Shown: one piece after another, positions 10,008 to 18,747 of the stretch
Position numbering within the stretch: the stretch's first letter is position 1
Layout: every line of letters starts with the position of its first letter
Virus record (IMG/VR): IMGVR_UViG_3300031957_002603
Coordinates: 32,001 to 96,000 of that record
Direction: 5' to 3' (one strand)
Source of the DNA: a virus
DNA: 64,000 nucleotides
Notes under the pieces: generated by a model
Told to the model about the DNA's origin: nothing
Database searches by the model: none
Seen by the model: only the letters and a program-made list of their open reading frames with translations
Position numbers and translations under genes: made by a program

Positions 10008-10634
10008 GTGTCTAACAAATTTATAAATTTTATTAAAGAAAAGAATTTTGATGGAACAAAAGAACTTTATCATAAATATATATCAAACTATTATGCTGAT
10101 GAGTTTTGTGATAAAAGAGAAGAAGAATTAAATTTTGTCGAAATAGGTGTAAGAGATGGGTGTGATTTAGCCATGTTCGCAGATTGGTTTTATAAATCTG
10201 AAGTTTTTGGAATTGATATAGCAGATATTCTAATAAACGGCAGAAATCATGGCCCAGAACTTGGTTGGGGCAGATATGATTTATCGATTGGAGAACTGGA
10301 TAATTGTCACTTTATAAAAGGAAATGGATACGATGATAACATTATAGACTTTTTTAAGGATGAATCAATTGATTACTTGATTGATGATGCATCTCATATT
10401 TTAGAAGATCAGTTAATGTGCATTGAAAAATATTTGTCTAAAATTAAAAAAGGTGGAAAGATTATAATTGAAGATGTTGGTTGCTATGAACAAACAAACA
10501 ATCCTCCTCCCAATAAGTGTATTAAATCAATCGTTAATAAAGCAGAACAATTAGGTTGTGTGGCCAGAGTTTTTAATTTTTCAGAAATAACAAAAATAAA
10601 ATATTCTATAATAATTGAAATAACAAAGAGGTAA
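10008..10634 (+). CDS. Class I SAM-dependent methyltransferase (sugar O-methyltransferase-like)
   Basis: FVEIGVRDG, FGIDI, DYLIDDASH, GGKIIIED. Confidence 0.85.
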   Translation: MSNKFINFIKEKNFDGTKELYHKYISNYYADEFCDKREEELNFVEIGVRDGCDLAMFADWFYKSEVFGIDIADILINGRNHGPELGWGRYDLSIGELDNCHFIKGNGYDDNIIDFFKDESIDYLIDDASHILEDQLMCIEKYLSKIKKGGKIIIEDVGCYEQTNNPPPNKCIKSIVNKAEQLGCVARVFNFSEITKIKYSIIIEITKR

Positions 10635-10638
10635 ATAT

Positions 10639-11304
10639 ATGAAAAATAAAAAATTAATTATTTTTGGCGAAGGTCTTTACACTGAAATAGCATATCAATA
10701 TTTTTCTGACGACTCCGAATACGACGTTGTTTGTTTTACAAAAGATGATAATTATATTAATTCAGACACTTATCTTGGTTTACCAATGGTTCCTTTTTCG
10801 AAAATAGAGGAATTATATAGTCCACATGAATATGACATGCATATTGCAGTTAGTTATACTGATTTAAATCATTTAAGAGAAAGGATTTTTCATGAAGCAA
10901 AAGGCAAAGGATATAAACTTCCGTCATATATTAGTTCCCATTGCAATATTTTGACAAAATACCCTATTGGTGAAAATTGCTTCATTTTTGAAGATAATAC
11001 AATTCAGCCTTTTGTAACCATAGAAGATAATGTTATTTTATGGAGTGGTAATCATATTGGGCATCATAGCACAATAAAATCTCATAACTTCATTAGTTCA
11101 CATGTAGTTGTATCAGGCCAATGCACCATTGAATCCAATTGTTTTATTGGTGTCAATAGTACAATAGGGCACATGGTCAACGTTGGGAAGGAAACATTGA
11201 TAGGCGCTGGTGCTGTAATAACCAAAAATACGGATCCCGGTTCTGTGTATGTTCCTGCAAAAAGTAGAAAACTAGATAGATTAAGCAATACATTTAAATT
11301 GTAA
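10639..11304 (+). CDS. Sugar acyltransferase, NeuD/PglD-like left-handed beta-helix
   Basis: Rossmann-like N-terminus plus hexapeptide repeats (IGENCFIFEDNTIQPF, NHIGHHS, IGAGAVI). Confidence 0.9.
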   Translation: MKNKKLIIFGEGLYTEIAYQYFSDDSEYDVVCFTKDDNYINSDTYLGLPMVPFSKIEELYSPHEYDMHIAVSYTDLNHLRERIFHEAKGKGYKLPSYISSHCNILTKYPIGENCFIFEDNTIQPFVTIEDNVILWSGNHIGHHSTIKSHNFISSHVVVSGQCTIESNCFIGVNSTIGHMVNVGKETLIGAGAVITKNTDPGSVYVPAKSRKLDRLSNTFKL

Positions 11305-11305
11305 T

Positions 11306-12193
11306 ATGAAAGAACAAAAATGGCAAAAATTGGGCCTCATTTATTCTGTAAATAATGATAATCAAAATCTTCTTTCGCACGCATCAAACCCTTTGGCAAT
11401 GCATTTAAAAGAAGACATATACAGAATATTCTACTCCGGTCGAGACATAAAAAATAGATCTTCTATTTCTTATGTTGATTATGATATTGTAAGACAAACT
11501 ATTATTAATGATCACAAAAAGCCTATTTTGACTCCAAAAGAAAACACATTCTATTCGCATGGAATAACAATTGGAAACTTTTGGCTTGAAGGAAATCAAA
11601 CATACATTGGCTTTATGGGATGGCAACAGGAAAAAGATAAACACTGGAGAGGAGATATAGGAAAGGTTAATATAGATACAAAAGACGTAACTTTACTACT
11701 TGGAGTAAACGAAGAAGATAAAATAAGTTTGTCATATCCTCATGTAATTTATAAGAACGAAAAGTATCATATGTGGTATGGTTCTACTATTGATTGGTCT
11801 TCTTCTAATGGTGAGATGATACATGTAATCAAAAAAGCAACCTCAAGTGATATGAAAAATTGGACTTTTCATGGGATTGATATTCCTTATGAAATTGGTA
11901 AGGCCCAAGCGTTTTCAAAACCATCTGTTTGTTGTGATGAATCTGGCTACAGAATGTGGTATTCTTATAGAAGCGGTGATGGAACACCATATAGAATCGG
12001 TTATGCTCACAGTGAAGATGGATCAAAATGGAATTGTAAACAAAGTAATTTAACAGTCTCTGATAGTGGTTGGGATTCTGAAATGGTTTGTTATCCATAT
12101 ATTTTTAAGCACAAAGATACCCTATACATGCTCTATAATGGAAACAGATACGGTATTGCTGGTTTTGGTCTCGCAAAAATAAATTTAAAATAA
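11306..12193 (+). CDS. Five-bladed beta-propeller glycosidase-like protein of sugar clusters
   Basis: Repeated blades: YRIFYSGRD, YHMWYGS, YRMWYSYR..YRIGYAHSEDG, WDSEMVCYP, YMLYNGN.YG..GFG. Confidence 0.7.
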   Translation: MKEQKWQKLGLIYSVNNDNQNLLSHASNPLAMHLKEDIYRIFYSGRDIKNRSSISYVDYDIVRQTIINDHKKPILTPKENTFYSHGITIGNFWLEGNQTYIGFMGWQQEKDKHWRGDIGKVNIDTKDVTLLLGVNEEDKISLSYPHVIYKNEKYHMWYGSTIDWSSSNGEMIHVIKKATSSDMKNWTFHGIDIPYEIGKAQAFSKPSVCCDESGYRMWYSYRSGDGTPYRIGYAHSEDGSKWNCKQSNLTVSDSGWDSEMVCYPYIFKHKDTLYMLYNGNRYGIAGFGLAKINLK

Positions 12194-12196
12194 AAC

Positions 12197-12225
12197 TTGA
12201 CAAACATATAAAAATGTGTTATATT
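12197..12225 (+). promoter_or_regulatory. Internal sigma70-type promoter
   Basis: TTGACA 12197-12202, 17 nt, TG-n-TATATT 12220-12225. Confidence 0.75.
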
Positions 12226-12242
12226 ATAAAGAAAAGGTAAAT

Positions 12243-13052
12243 ATGAATTATAATCTTATACATGCTAGGTTTCTTATGCCCAATGTTACTGAAGAAGAAC
12301 AAGGGTTTCATTTTAGTAAAACCTATAGTCTTGAAAAGCCTTATGAATACGATCCTAAACATGTTATTAATGAAATCACTAAAATTAAAGAATGTGATTA
12401 TCTTGAATTAGGCGTAGATCAGGGCCACACATTTGATCATATTAAAAATGTAAAATTAAAACATGGAATTGATCCATTCGGTGCATCAGAAAACATAACT
12501 CACAGAATGACATCACAAATGTTTTTTTCAATGAATGAGTATTTTTTTAATAATACATACGATTTAATATTCATTGATGCAATACATCTTTTTCCTGTTG
12601 TGCAGCAAGAAATACATGATAGTTTAAAAATCTTAAATGATAATGGGTTATTGGTGTTACACGATACTTGCCCCAATAAAGAAAGTTCGCAAAAAATATT
12701 ATATAGCGATTTTGAAAAAATTTTAAATGATGTTATTTGTTCTGAAGAAAAAGAACGTTTAAAATGGCATGAGAATACTAAGAAAAATCAACCGGTTGGC
12801 TATAACGGAGATGTATGGAAGAATGTAGCATGGTACAGAAGCAACACAGATTACACAGTTTTCTCTATACCAGATGCATGTATAAGCATTATCTCAAAGA
12901 AAAAAATGAAAAGTTTTGAACATAAATCAAAAATTAAAGATTTAACATTTGAAAAAATGACATGGGGCTTATATTATAATTGTTTTCATCAAATAATGAA
13001 TCCATTTACTTTTGATTATTTTGTAGAAAATATCAGCAAGGAGTTATTATGA
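12243..13052 (+). CDS. Class I SAM-dependent methyltransferase
   Basis: YLELGVDQG, HGIDP, YDLIFIDAIH, NGLLVLHDTCP, NGDVWK; ATG 12243 after AAGG chosen because the longer start lies within the promoter. Confidence 0.8.
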   Translation: MNYNLIHARFLMPNVTEEEQGFHFSKTYSLEKPYEYDPKHVINEITKIKECDYLELGVDQGHTFDHIKNVKLKHGIDPFGASENITHRMTSQMFFSMNEYFFNNTYDLIFIDAIHLFPVVQQEIHDSLKILNDNGLLVLHDTCPNKESSQKILYSDFEKILNDVICSEEKERLKWHENTKKNQPVGYNGDVWKNVAWYRSNTDYTVFSIPDACISIISKKKMKSFEHKSKIKDLTFEKMTWGLYYNCFHQIMNPFTFDYFVENISKELL

Positions 13053-13663
13053 GGCACAATCCATATAAAATTGTTAAAATGTTTGAAGAGACAGTCGCTG
13101 ATTATTGTGGCGCACCTTATGCTGTATCTGTGGACAATTGCACTGACGCGCTTTTATTGTGCTGTCAATACCACAATGTTGCCGATGTTACTATCCCAGC
13201 GAGGACTTACCTATCTGTACCTCAATCAATTATGCATGCCGGCGGCACTGTTAAGTTTCGAGATTACAGATGGCAGGGAGTTTATCAACTTGAACCATAC
13301 CCAATCTGGGACGCAGCCAAGCGCTTGACTTCAAATATGTACATTCCCGGCTCAATGATGTGTCTTTCATTTCATATTAAAAAGCATCTCAAGATTGGTA
13401 AAGGCGGTATGATTCTGACTGATAACTTAGAAGCAGTAAAGTGGTTTCGCAAGATGCGATACGAAGGCCGTGGTGAAGTAATGTACCATGAAGACAGTAT
13501 TGAACTTAATGGATGGAATGCTTATATGTCGCCAGAACAAGCAGCAAGAGGCTTGATGTTAATGCAGAATTATCCTGATGACATGCCCGATCTACCAGAA
13601 CAACCGTTTTATCGAGACCTTAGAGAATTTCCTTTGTTTAAAGATATTGAGGTAGTAGATTGA
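13049..13663 (+). CDS. Short DegT/DnrJ/EryC1/StrS PLP-dependent aminotransferase
   Basis: FEETVADYCGAPYAVSVDNCTDAL, WDAA, SFHIKKHLKIGKGGMILT with PLP lysine; only 204 aa. Confidence 0.8.
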   Translation: MRHNPYKIVKMFEETVADYCGAPYAVSVDNCTDALLLCCQYHNVADVTIPARTYLSVPQSIMHAGGTVKFRDYRWQGVYQLEPYPIWDAAKRLTSNMYIPGSMMCLSFHIKKHLKIGKGGMILTDNLEAVKWFRKMRYEGRGEVMYHEDSIELNGWNAYMSPEQAARGLMLMQNYPDDMPDLPEQPFYRDLREFPLFKDIEVVD

Positions 13664-14532
13664 TTACATTTAGTCAACTTGGTAAATACGGTAGACTTGG
13701 CAATCAACTTTTTCAATACGCTATGATCAAGTCTGTTGCTATTGAAACAGGGTATGAATTAAAAATACCAAACCCTGAGCAGATTACATTTCAGAACCAA
13801 AAGTGTTATTTAAATAAATTCAATTTAAGTTGCGATTATTTGACCGAAGAAGACATTAAGAATATACGATATAAGTTCGTAGAACCAAATCACACATCAT
13901 TTTGGCCTGAAGTATTTAGCGCAAAAGATAATACAGATTTTCATGGATTTTTTCAAAATTATAATTATTTTGCAAAACATGTTGATGCAATAAGGAACGA
14001 GTTTAAATTAAAAGAATCTATCGTTGAAGAAGCAAAGAATTATATTGAAAGCATCAAAGATGATTCTGAAATAGTTTCTATTCATGTACGTAGAGGAGAT
14101 AACTCAGATGGAACAAATCCTGAGTATGTTAATTTTTACGGACAAGGTGATGTTTTGACCGAAGATAGTGATTATGGTAAATACCTTTATCCTGCATTGG
14201 AACTATTTTCAAATAAAAATGTGAAGTTTTTAGTCTTTTCTGGAGGTAGTCGCAAAGGTGATGCACACAATCAGTCTGATATCGAGTGGTGCAAATCAAA
14301 TTTCAAACAAGATAATATCATTTTTTGTGAAGGAAATACCGATATTGTTGATTTTGAAATCATGAGACAATGTGATCATAACATTACCTGCCACATGACT
14401 TCTTTTGGTTGGTGGGCTGCTCTTTTGAACGATAATCCGGATAAGATTGTTGTAGCCCCAAAGAGTTATACTGTACCACCCGATGGTAGAGAAAGATGGG
14501 GATTCTATCCCAAAACTTGGAGACTTATATGA
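13660..14532 (+). CDS. GT11 alpha-1,2-fucosyl/colitosyltransferase
   Basis: GRLGNQLFQYA, GFFQ, SIHVRRGD, SFGWWAALL. Confidence 0.9.
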   Translation: MITFSQLGKYGRLGNQLFQYAMIKSVAIETGYELKIPNPEQITFQNQKCYLNKFNLSCDYLTEEDIKNIRYKFVEPNHTSFWPEVFSAKDNTDFHGFFQNYNYFAKHVDAIRNEFKLKESIVEEAKNYIESIKDDSEIVSIHVRRGDNSDGTNPEYVNFYGQGDVLTEDSDYGKYLYPALELFSNKNVKFLVFSGGSRKGDAHNQSDIEWCKSNFKQDNIIFCEGNTDIVDFEIMRQCDHNITCHMTSFGWWAALLNDNPDKIVVAPKSYTVPPDGRERWGFYPKTWRLI

Positions 14533-15308
14533 ATTTAATAAAAGATGAGATTGTCTCTTGGATCAAGAATTATGCAGACAACAGTGGTCTTAATTGTTTG
14601 GTTGTGGGTGTATCAGGAGGAATTGATTCAGCAGTTGTATCAACTTTGTGCTCTTTGACAGGCCTTAAAACTGTAGTGATAAATATGCCAATCAATTCAA
14701 AAGACGAAAATACTAATTTGTCGAATTTGCAATGTAATTGGCTGACAAATAATTTTTCTAATGTAGAAAAGAGATACATTGAACTTAGTGATGTATACAA
14801 TTTGTTCAAGAACCAGATGACTGATCAGCAATTTGATAGCAAACTTGCTGATGCTAATTGTAAATCTAGGTTGCGAATGGTCACTTTGTACTACATAGCA
14901 GGGTCTAATAATGCTTTGGTAGTTGGGACTGGAAATAAAGTAGAGGATTTTGGTGTCGGGTTTTATACTAAATACGGCGACGGTGGTGTGGACATAAGCC
15001 CTATTGCTGATCTTACAAAAACCCAAGTTCGTAATTTGGCGGTTCATCTGGGAATCCCGAATGAGATTATTGAGGCTCCACCAACTGATGGTTTGTGGGA
15101 AGATTCTAGAACTGATGAAGAACAGATTGGCGCTTCGTATGAAGAATTAGAATGGGCCATGGAGTATTTAGCATCTGAAAAAGATGTCGATCTTTCAGCA
15201 CGAGAACAAGAAGTATTAGATATATATAATAAATTTCACAATAGTAATAAGCACAAAATGGAACCAATACCAGTTTTTAAATTATCTAGCATTGGAGAAC
15301 AGCAATGA
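14529..15308 (+). CDS. nadE: NH3-dependent NAD+ synthetase
   Basis: GVSGGIDS PP-loop, NCKSRLRM, GTGNKVE, GFYTKYGDG, PIADLTK, PPTDGLW, TDEEQIG; ATG 14529 overlaps previous stop. Confidence 0.92.
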   Translation: MNLIKDEIVSWIKNYADNSGLNCLVVGVSGGIDSAVVSTLCSLTGLKTVVINMPINSKDENTNLSNLQCNWLTNNFSNVEKRYIELSDVYNLFKNQMTDQQFDSKLADANCKSRLRMVTLYYIAGSNNALVVGTGNKVEDFGVGFYTKYGDGGVDISPIADLTKTQVRNLAVHLGIPNEIIEAPPTDGLWEDSRTDEEQIGASYEELEWAMEYLASEKDVDLSAREQEVLDIYNKFHNSNKHKMEPIPVFKLSSIGEQQ

Positions 15309-16405
15309 ATAATATTTCTGTAATTGGAATTGGCAAACTTGGTCTGTGTTTTGCGTTAACACTTGAGCGCGCCGGTTATAATGTCGTAGGACTTGATATT
15401 AATCAAAATTATGTTGATTCAATAAATAATAAGACACTTAAAAGTCCAGAGCAAAATGTAGAAAATTACTTAGCCAAATCTGTCAATTTTAAGGCAACTA
15501 CTGACTTAAAAGAAACTGTTGATCATTCTGATCTTATTTTTGTCGTTGTTGCGACCCCATCATTACAAAATGGAAGATATGATCATACACAAGTTGAGTC
15601 TGTAATAGAAAACATTAAGAAACTTGGTGTACAAAACAACAAGCATTTTGTTGTTTGCTGTACTACTATGCCAACGTATTGTGATACTGTACAGGAAGCG
15701 CTTAAAGATTACGGTTACATTGTAACATACAATCCTGAGTTTATCGCACAGGGAACAATTTTAAGAGACCAGTTAAGCCCAGATATGGTTCTAATTGGCG
15801 AAGGCAATAAAGAAGCAGGAGATCTGCTAGAAGAGGCGTATATTAGAATGACTAATAGTAATCCTAGGATTTGCAGAATGTCTCGGACAGAAGCGGAAAT
15901 ATGTAAAATTTCTTTGAATTGTTTTCTAACTACAAAGATTTCTTTTGCTAATATGATTGGCGATATTGCTGCTGCTAATGATTTGCCTGCACACAATATA
16001 CTTCATGCCATTGGATCTGATTCGCGGGTAGGGCTAAAATATATTAATTATGGTTTTGGATATGGTGGCCCATGCTTTCCAAGAGATAATAGGGCCCTTG
16101 CAATTTTTGCAAATGATGTTGGTAGACCTGCACCTATTAGTGTTGCAACTGACAATATGAATAAAATACATTTGGATTTTCAAGTAGAACAATTTGTTAA
16201 AAATAATTCTATTGATGAAGATGTCATAATTGAAACTGTTACTTATAAGCCCGGCACTGTAATACTTGAAGAATCACAACAATTAGCCTTCGCTGTTGCC
16301 ATAGCAAAAAAAGGCTTCAATGTTGTAATTCGTGAGACAAAACCAGTAATAGATCAATTGCGCTTTGATTATGATGATCTCTTTATGTATGAGGTTAGAG
16401 ACTAA
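15305..16405 (+). CDS. ugd: UDP-glucose/GDP-mannose dehydrogenase family
   Basis: IGIGKLG, YNPEFIAQG, AEICKISLN, GFGYGGPCFPRD catalytic Cys. Confidence 0.88.
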   Translation: MNNISVIGIGKLGLCFALTLERAGYNVVGLDINQNYVDSINNKTLKSPEQNVENYLAKSVNFKATTDLKETVDHSDLIFVVVATPSLQNGRYDHTQVESVIENIKKLGVQNNKHFVVCCTTMPTYCDTVQEALKDYGYIVTYNPEFIAQGTILRDQLSPDMVLIGEGNKEAGDLLEEAYIRMTNSNPRICRMSRTEAEICKISLNCFLTTKISFANMIGDIAAANDLPAHNILHAIGSDSRVGLKYINYGFGYGGPCFPRDNRALAIFANDVGRPAPISVATDNMNKIHLDFQVEQFVKNNSIDEDVIIETVTYKPGTVILEESQQLAFAVAIAKKGFNVVIRETKPVIDQLRFDYDDLFMYEVRD

Positions 16406-17319
16406 TGACTGTACTAGTGACTGGTGGATCTGGAATGGTAGGCAGACATTTACAAGATATCGCCCCGGATTATATTTATTTATCAAGCGCTGATTGTGAT
16501 TTAACATCTTACAAAGAAGTTGATCTATTGATGAAAAAATATCAACCAACAGCAGTTATTCATTTGGCTGCTAAAGTTGGCGGTATTTTGCAAAACATGA
16601 AGTTTCCTGCTGATTTTTATGATCTTAATATAGCAATGAACACAAATGTTTTAAAGGCTGCGAGAGATAATAAAATAAATAAATTTCTTTCAATTTTGTC
16701 AACCTGTATGTATCCAAATGTTGTAGAAACTTACCCTTTAACCGAAGAAGATGTTCATAAAGGTCCACCTGCTCAAGCAAATTTTAGTTATGCATATACT
16801 AAGAGATGTATGGCAGTACAAATTGAGGCTTATAATCAGCAGTTAGGCTGTGATTACAATTATCTAATTCCATGTAACCTATATGGAGAGTATGATAATT
16901 TTGATGATTCTAATAAAATGCATTTTGTCACTGCCTTGATAAATAAAATCATTACAGCAGAAAATAATAATGAAAAAAGTATTACGCTATTCGGCTCAGG
17001 TACACCATTAAGGCAATTTATGTATTCTGGGGACCTAGCCAAAGTAATAAAATTGGTCATGGATAATGATATTAAAGAGTCATTTAATGTTGCACCAACA
17101 AATCAAAATTATTCCATTGATCAAATGGCACGTATGACACTTGATGCGTTAAACAAAAAAGATTGGACCATTGAGTATGATAGCACAAAACCTGATGGGC
17201 AGTTCAGGAAAGATGTAAGTAACTTAAAAATGCTTAATAATATCGCTGATTTTAAATTCACTGAATTTTCAGATGGCGTAGTGAAGGTTTATAACAAAAT
17301 TAAAGAGAGAGGTGTTTAA
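16405..17319 (+). CDS. fcl: GDP-L-fucose synthase / ColC-like epimerase-reductase
   Basis: VTGGSGMVG, HLAAKVGGI, LSTCMYP, YAYTKR, PCNLYG, GSGTPLRQF, KPDGQFRK. Confidence 0.9.
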   Translation: MTVLVTGGSGMVGRHLQDIAPDYIYLSSADCDLTSYKEVDLLMKKYQPTAVIHLAAKVGGILQNMKFPADFYDLNIAMNTNVLKAARDNKINKFLSILSTCMYPNVVETYPLTEEDVHKGPPAQANFSYAYTKRCMAVQIEAYNQQLGCDYNYLIPCNLYGEYDNFDDSNKMHFVTALINKIITAENNNEKSITLFGSGTPLRQFMYSGDLAKVIKLVMDNDIKESFNVAPTNQNYSIDQMARMTLDALNKKDWTIEYDSTKPDGQFRKDVSNLKMLNNIADFKFTEFSDGVVKVYNKIKERGV

Positions 17320-18482
17320 TGTTTTGGCCACTTATGAAAGACTGTATTACAGAAAAAGATAAAAAAAGAATGGTTGATTTTATCATGAATACCAATCGTT
17401 TTACAAATGGCCCTCAAGTGAAGGAATTTGAAAGACAATGGAGTGATTGGTTAGGTTGCAAATATTCTTTGTTTGTTTCTTCTGGATCGACAGCGAATCT
17501 ACTTTTAGTTTCAGCAATTAAAGAGAAATATGGTTTAAAAGATGGTGATAAAGTTTTAGTCCCAGCAATGACTTGGGTTACCAATATTTCTCCAATTATT
17601 CAACTAGGAATGCAGCCTATTTTTTGCGATGTTGATAAAAGTAATTTTGGATTTGATCTTAAACACTTAAAGTATTTAAAAGAAAAACATCCGGATATTA
17701 AGATGGCTTTTATTACTCATTTGTTTGGTATCGCAGCCGATATGGATGAATATAGAAAAATATTTCCTGACATTATTTACATAGAAGATGTTTGTGAATC
17801 ACATGGTGCCAAATATAAAGGTAAAACAACTGGAACACTATCAGAGGGTTCTACATTTAGTTTTTATTTTGGTCATCATATGACAACTGTAGAGGGTGGA
17901 TTCGTTTGTACTGACGATCTTGAACTATACAATATATTGAAAATGAAAAGAAGCCATGGAATGGCAAGAGAATCATTGCCTGAAAAATACGAAGAGTATA
18001 AAAAAACATACCCAGATATTCATCCACAATTCTTGTTCATTACTGATGGGTTTAATTTTAGAAGCATGGAACTTAATGCTGTTTTAGGTCAATCTCAATT
18101 AGAAGGGCTCGATGATGCAATTAACAGAAGACAAGAAGTTTATGATCGCTTTCTTAAAATGATTGGTAAATATGATTCATTTCATATTCCGAGTTCAGAT
18201 GGTAATAGTAGTTTTTGTCTTCCGTTCATTTGTAAGACAAAAGAACAAAAAGATTTGTTGGAATCATTTCTAAATGTAAGAGATGTTGAAACTAGACCGC
18301 TATGTAGTGGTAATCTATTAAAGCAACCATTTTTGAAAAATTATTCAATTGAAATTGAATGGCTTCCAAATGTGGATTTTCTTCACAATAATGGATTTTT
18401 TATTGGCAACAATCACCTGATTACTGATGAAGAACTTGATGTTTTAGAAGGATTTATAGATGAGTTTTCAAAAATACTATAA
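17319..18482 (+). CDS. colD: ColD-like PLP-dependent GDP-4-keto-6-deoxymannose 3-dehydratase
   Basis: DegT fold (VSSGSTANLL, EDVCESHGA) with His replacing the PLP Lys in SFYFGHHMTTVEGG; lacks the Cys-rich Fe-S motif of E1/RfbH; adjacent to fcl-like gene. Confidence 0.75.
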   Translation: MFWPLMKDCITEKDKKRMVDFIMNTNRFTNGPQVKEFERQWSDWLGCKYSLFVSSGSTANLLLVSAIKEKYGLKDGDKVLVPAMTWVTNISPIIQLGMQPIFCDVDKSNFGFDLKHLKYLKEKHPDIKMAFITHLFGIAADMDEYRKIFPDIIYIEDVCESHGAKYKGKTTGTLSEGSTFSFYFGHHMTTVEGGFVCTDDLELYNILKMKRSHGMARESLPEKYEEYKKTYPDIHPQFLFITDGFNFRSMELNAVLGQSQLEGLDDAINRRQEVYDRFLKMIGKYDSFHIPSSDGNSSFCLPFICKTKEQKDLLESFLNVRDVETRPLCSGNLLKQPFLKNYSIEIEWLPNVDFLHNNGFFIGNNHLITDEELDVLEGFIDEFSKIL

Positions 18483-18747
18483 GCACTACTTAACATTACA
18501 TCAAAATCTTTGGTGTCGTAGGTTGCATGTCCTAGGACAAATAGCGACAATAATATATATAATTGCTGCTGTAAAAATTAATTTATGGTTATTATTGGGC
18601 TTTCCTTTTGTTGTGTACCCGTTTGCTTGGTCAGGGCACTACTTTTTTGAAAAAAATGAACCAGCAGCATTTAGTGACCCAATAAAAGCAAAGTTAAGCG
18701 ATTGGGTTATGTTTTATCAATGGATTAAAGGAGATATAGAAAGATGA
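18460..18747 (+). CDS. DUF962 (Mpo1-like) small membrane protein
   Basis: YLTLHQN..CRRLHVLG, YPFAWSGHYFFEKNEPAAF, SDWVMF. Confidence 0.8.
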   Translation: MSFQKYYKHYLTLHQNLWCRRLHVLGQIATIIYIIAAVKINLWLLLGFPFVVYPFAWSGHYFFEKNEPAAFSDPIKAKLSDWVMFYQWIKGDIER

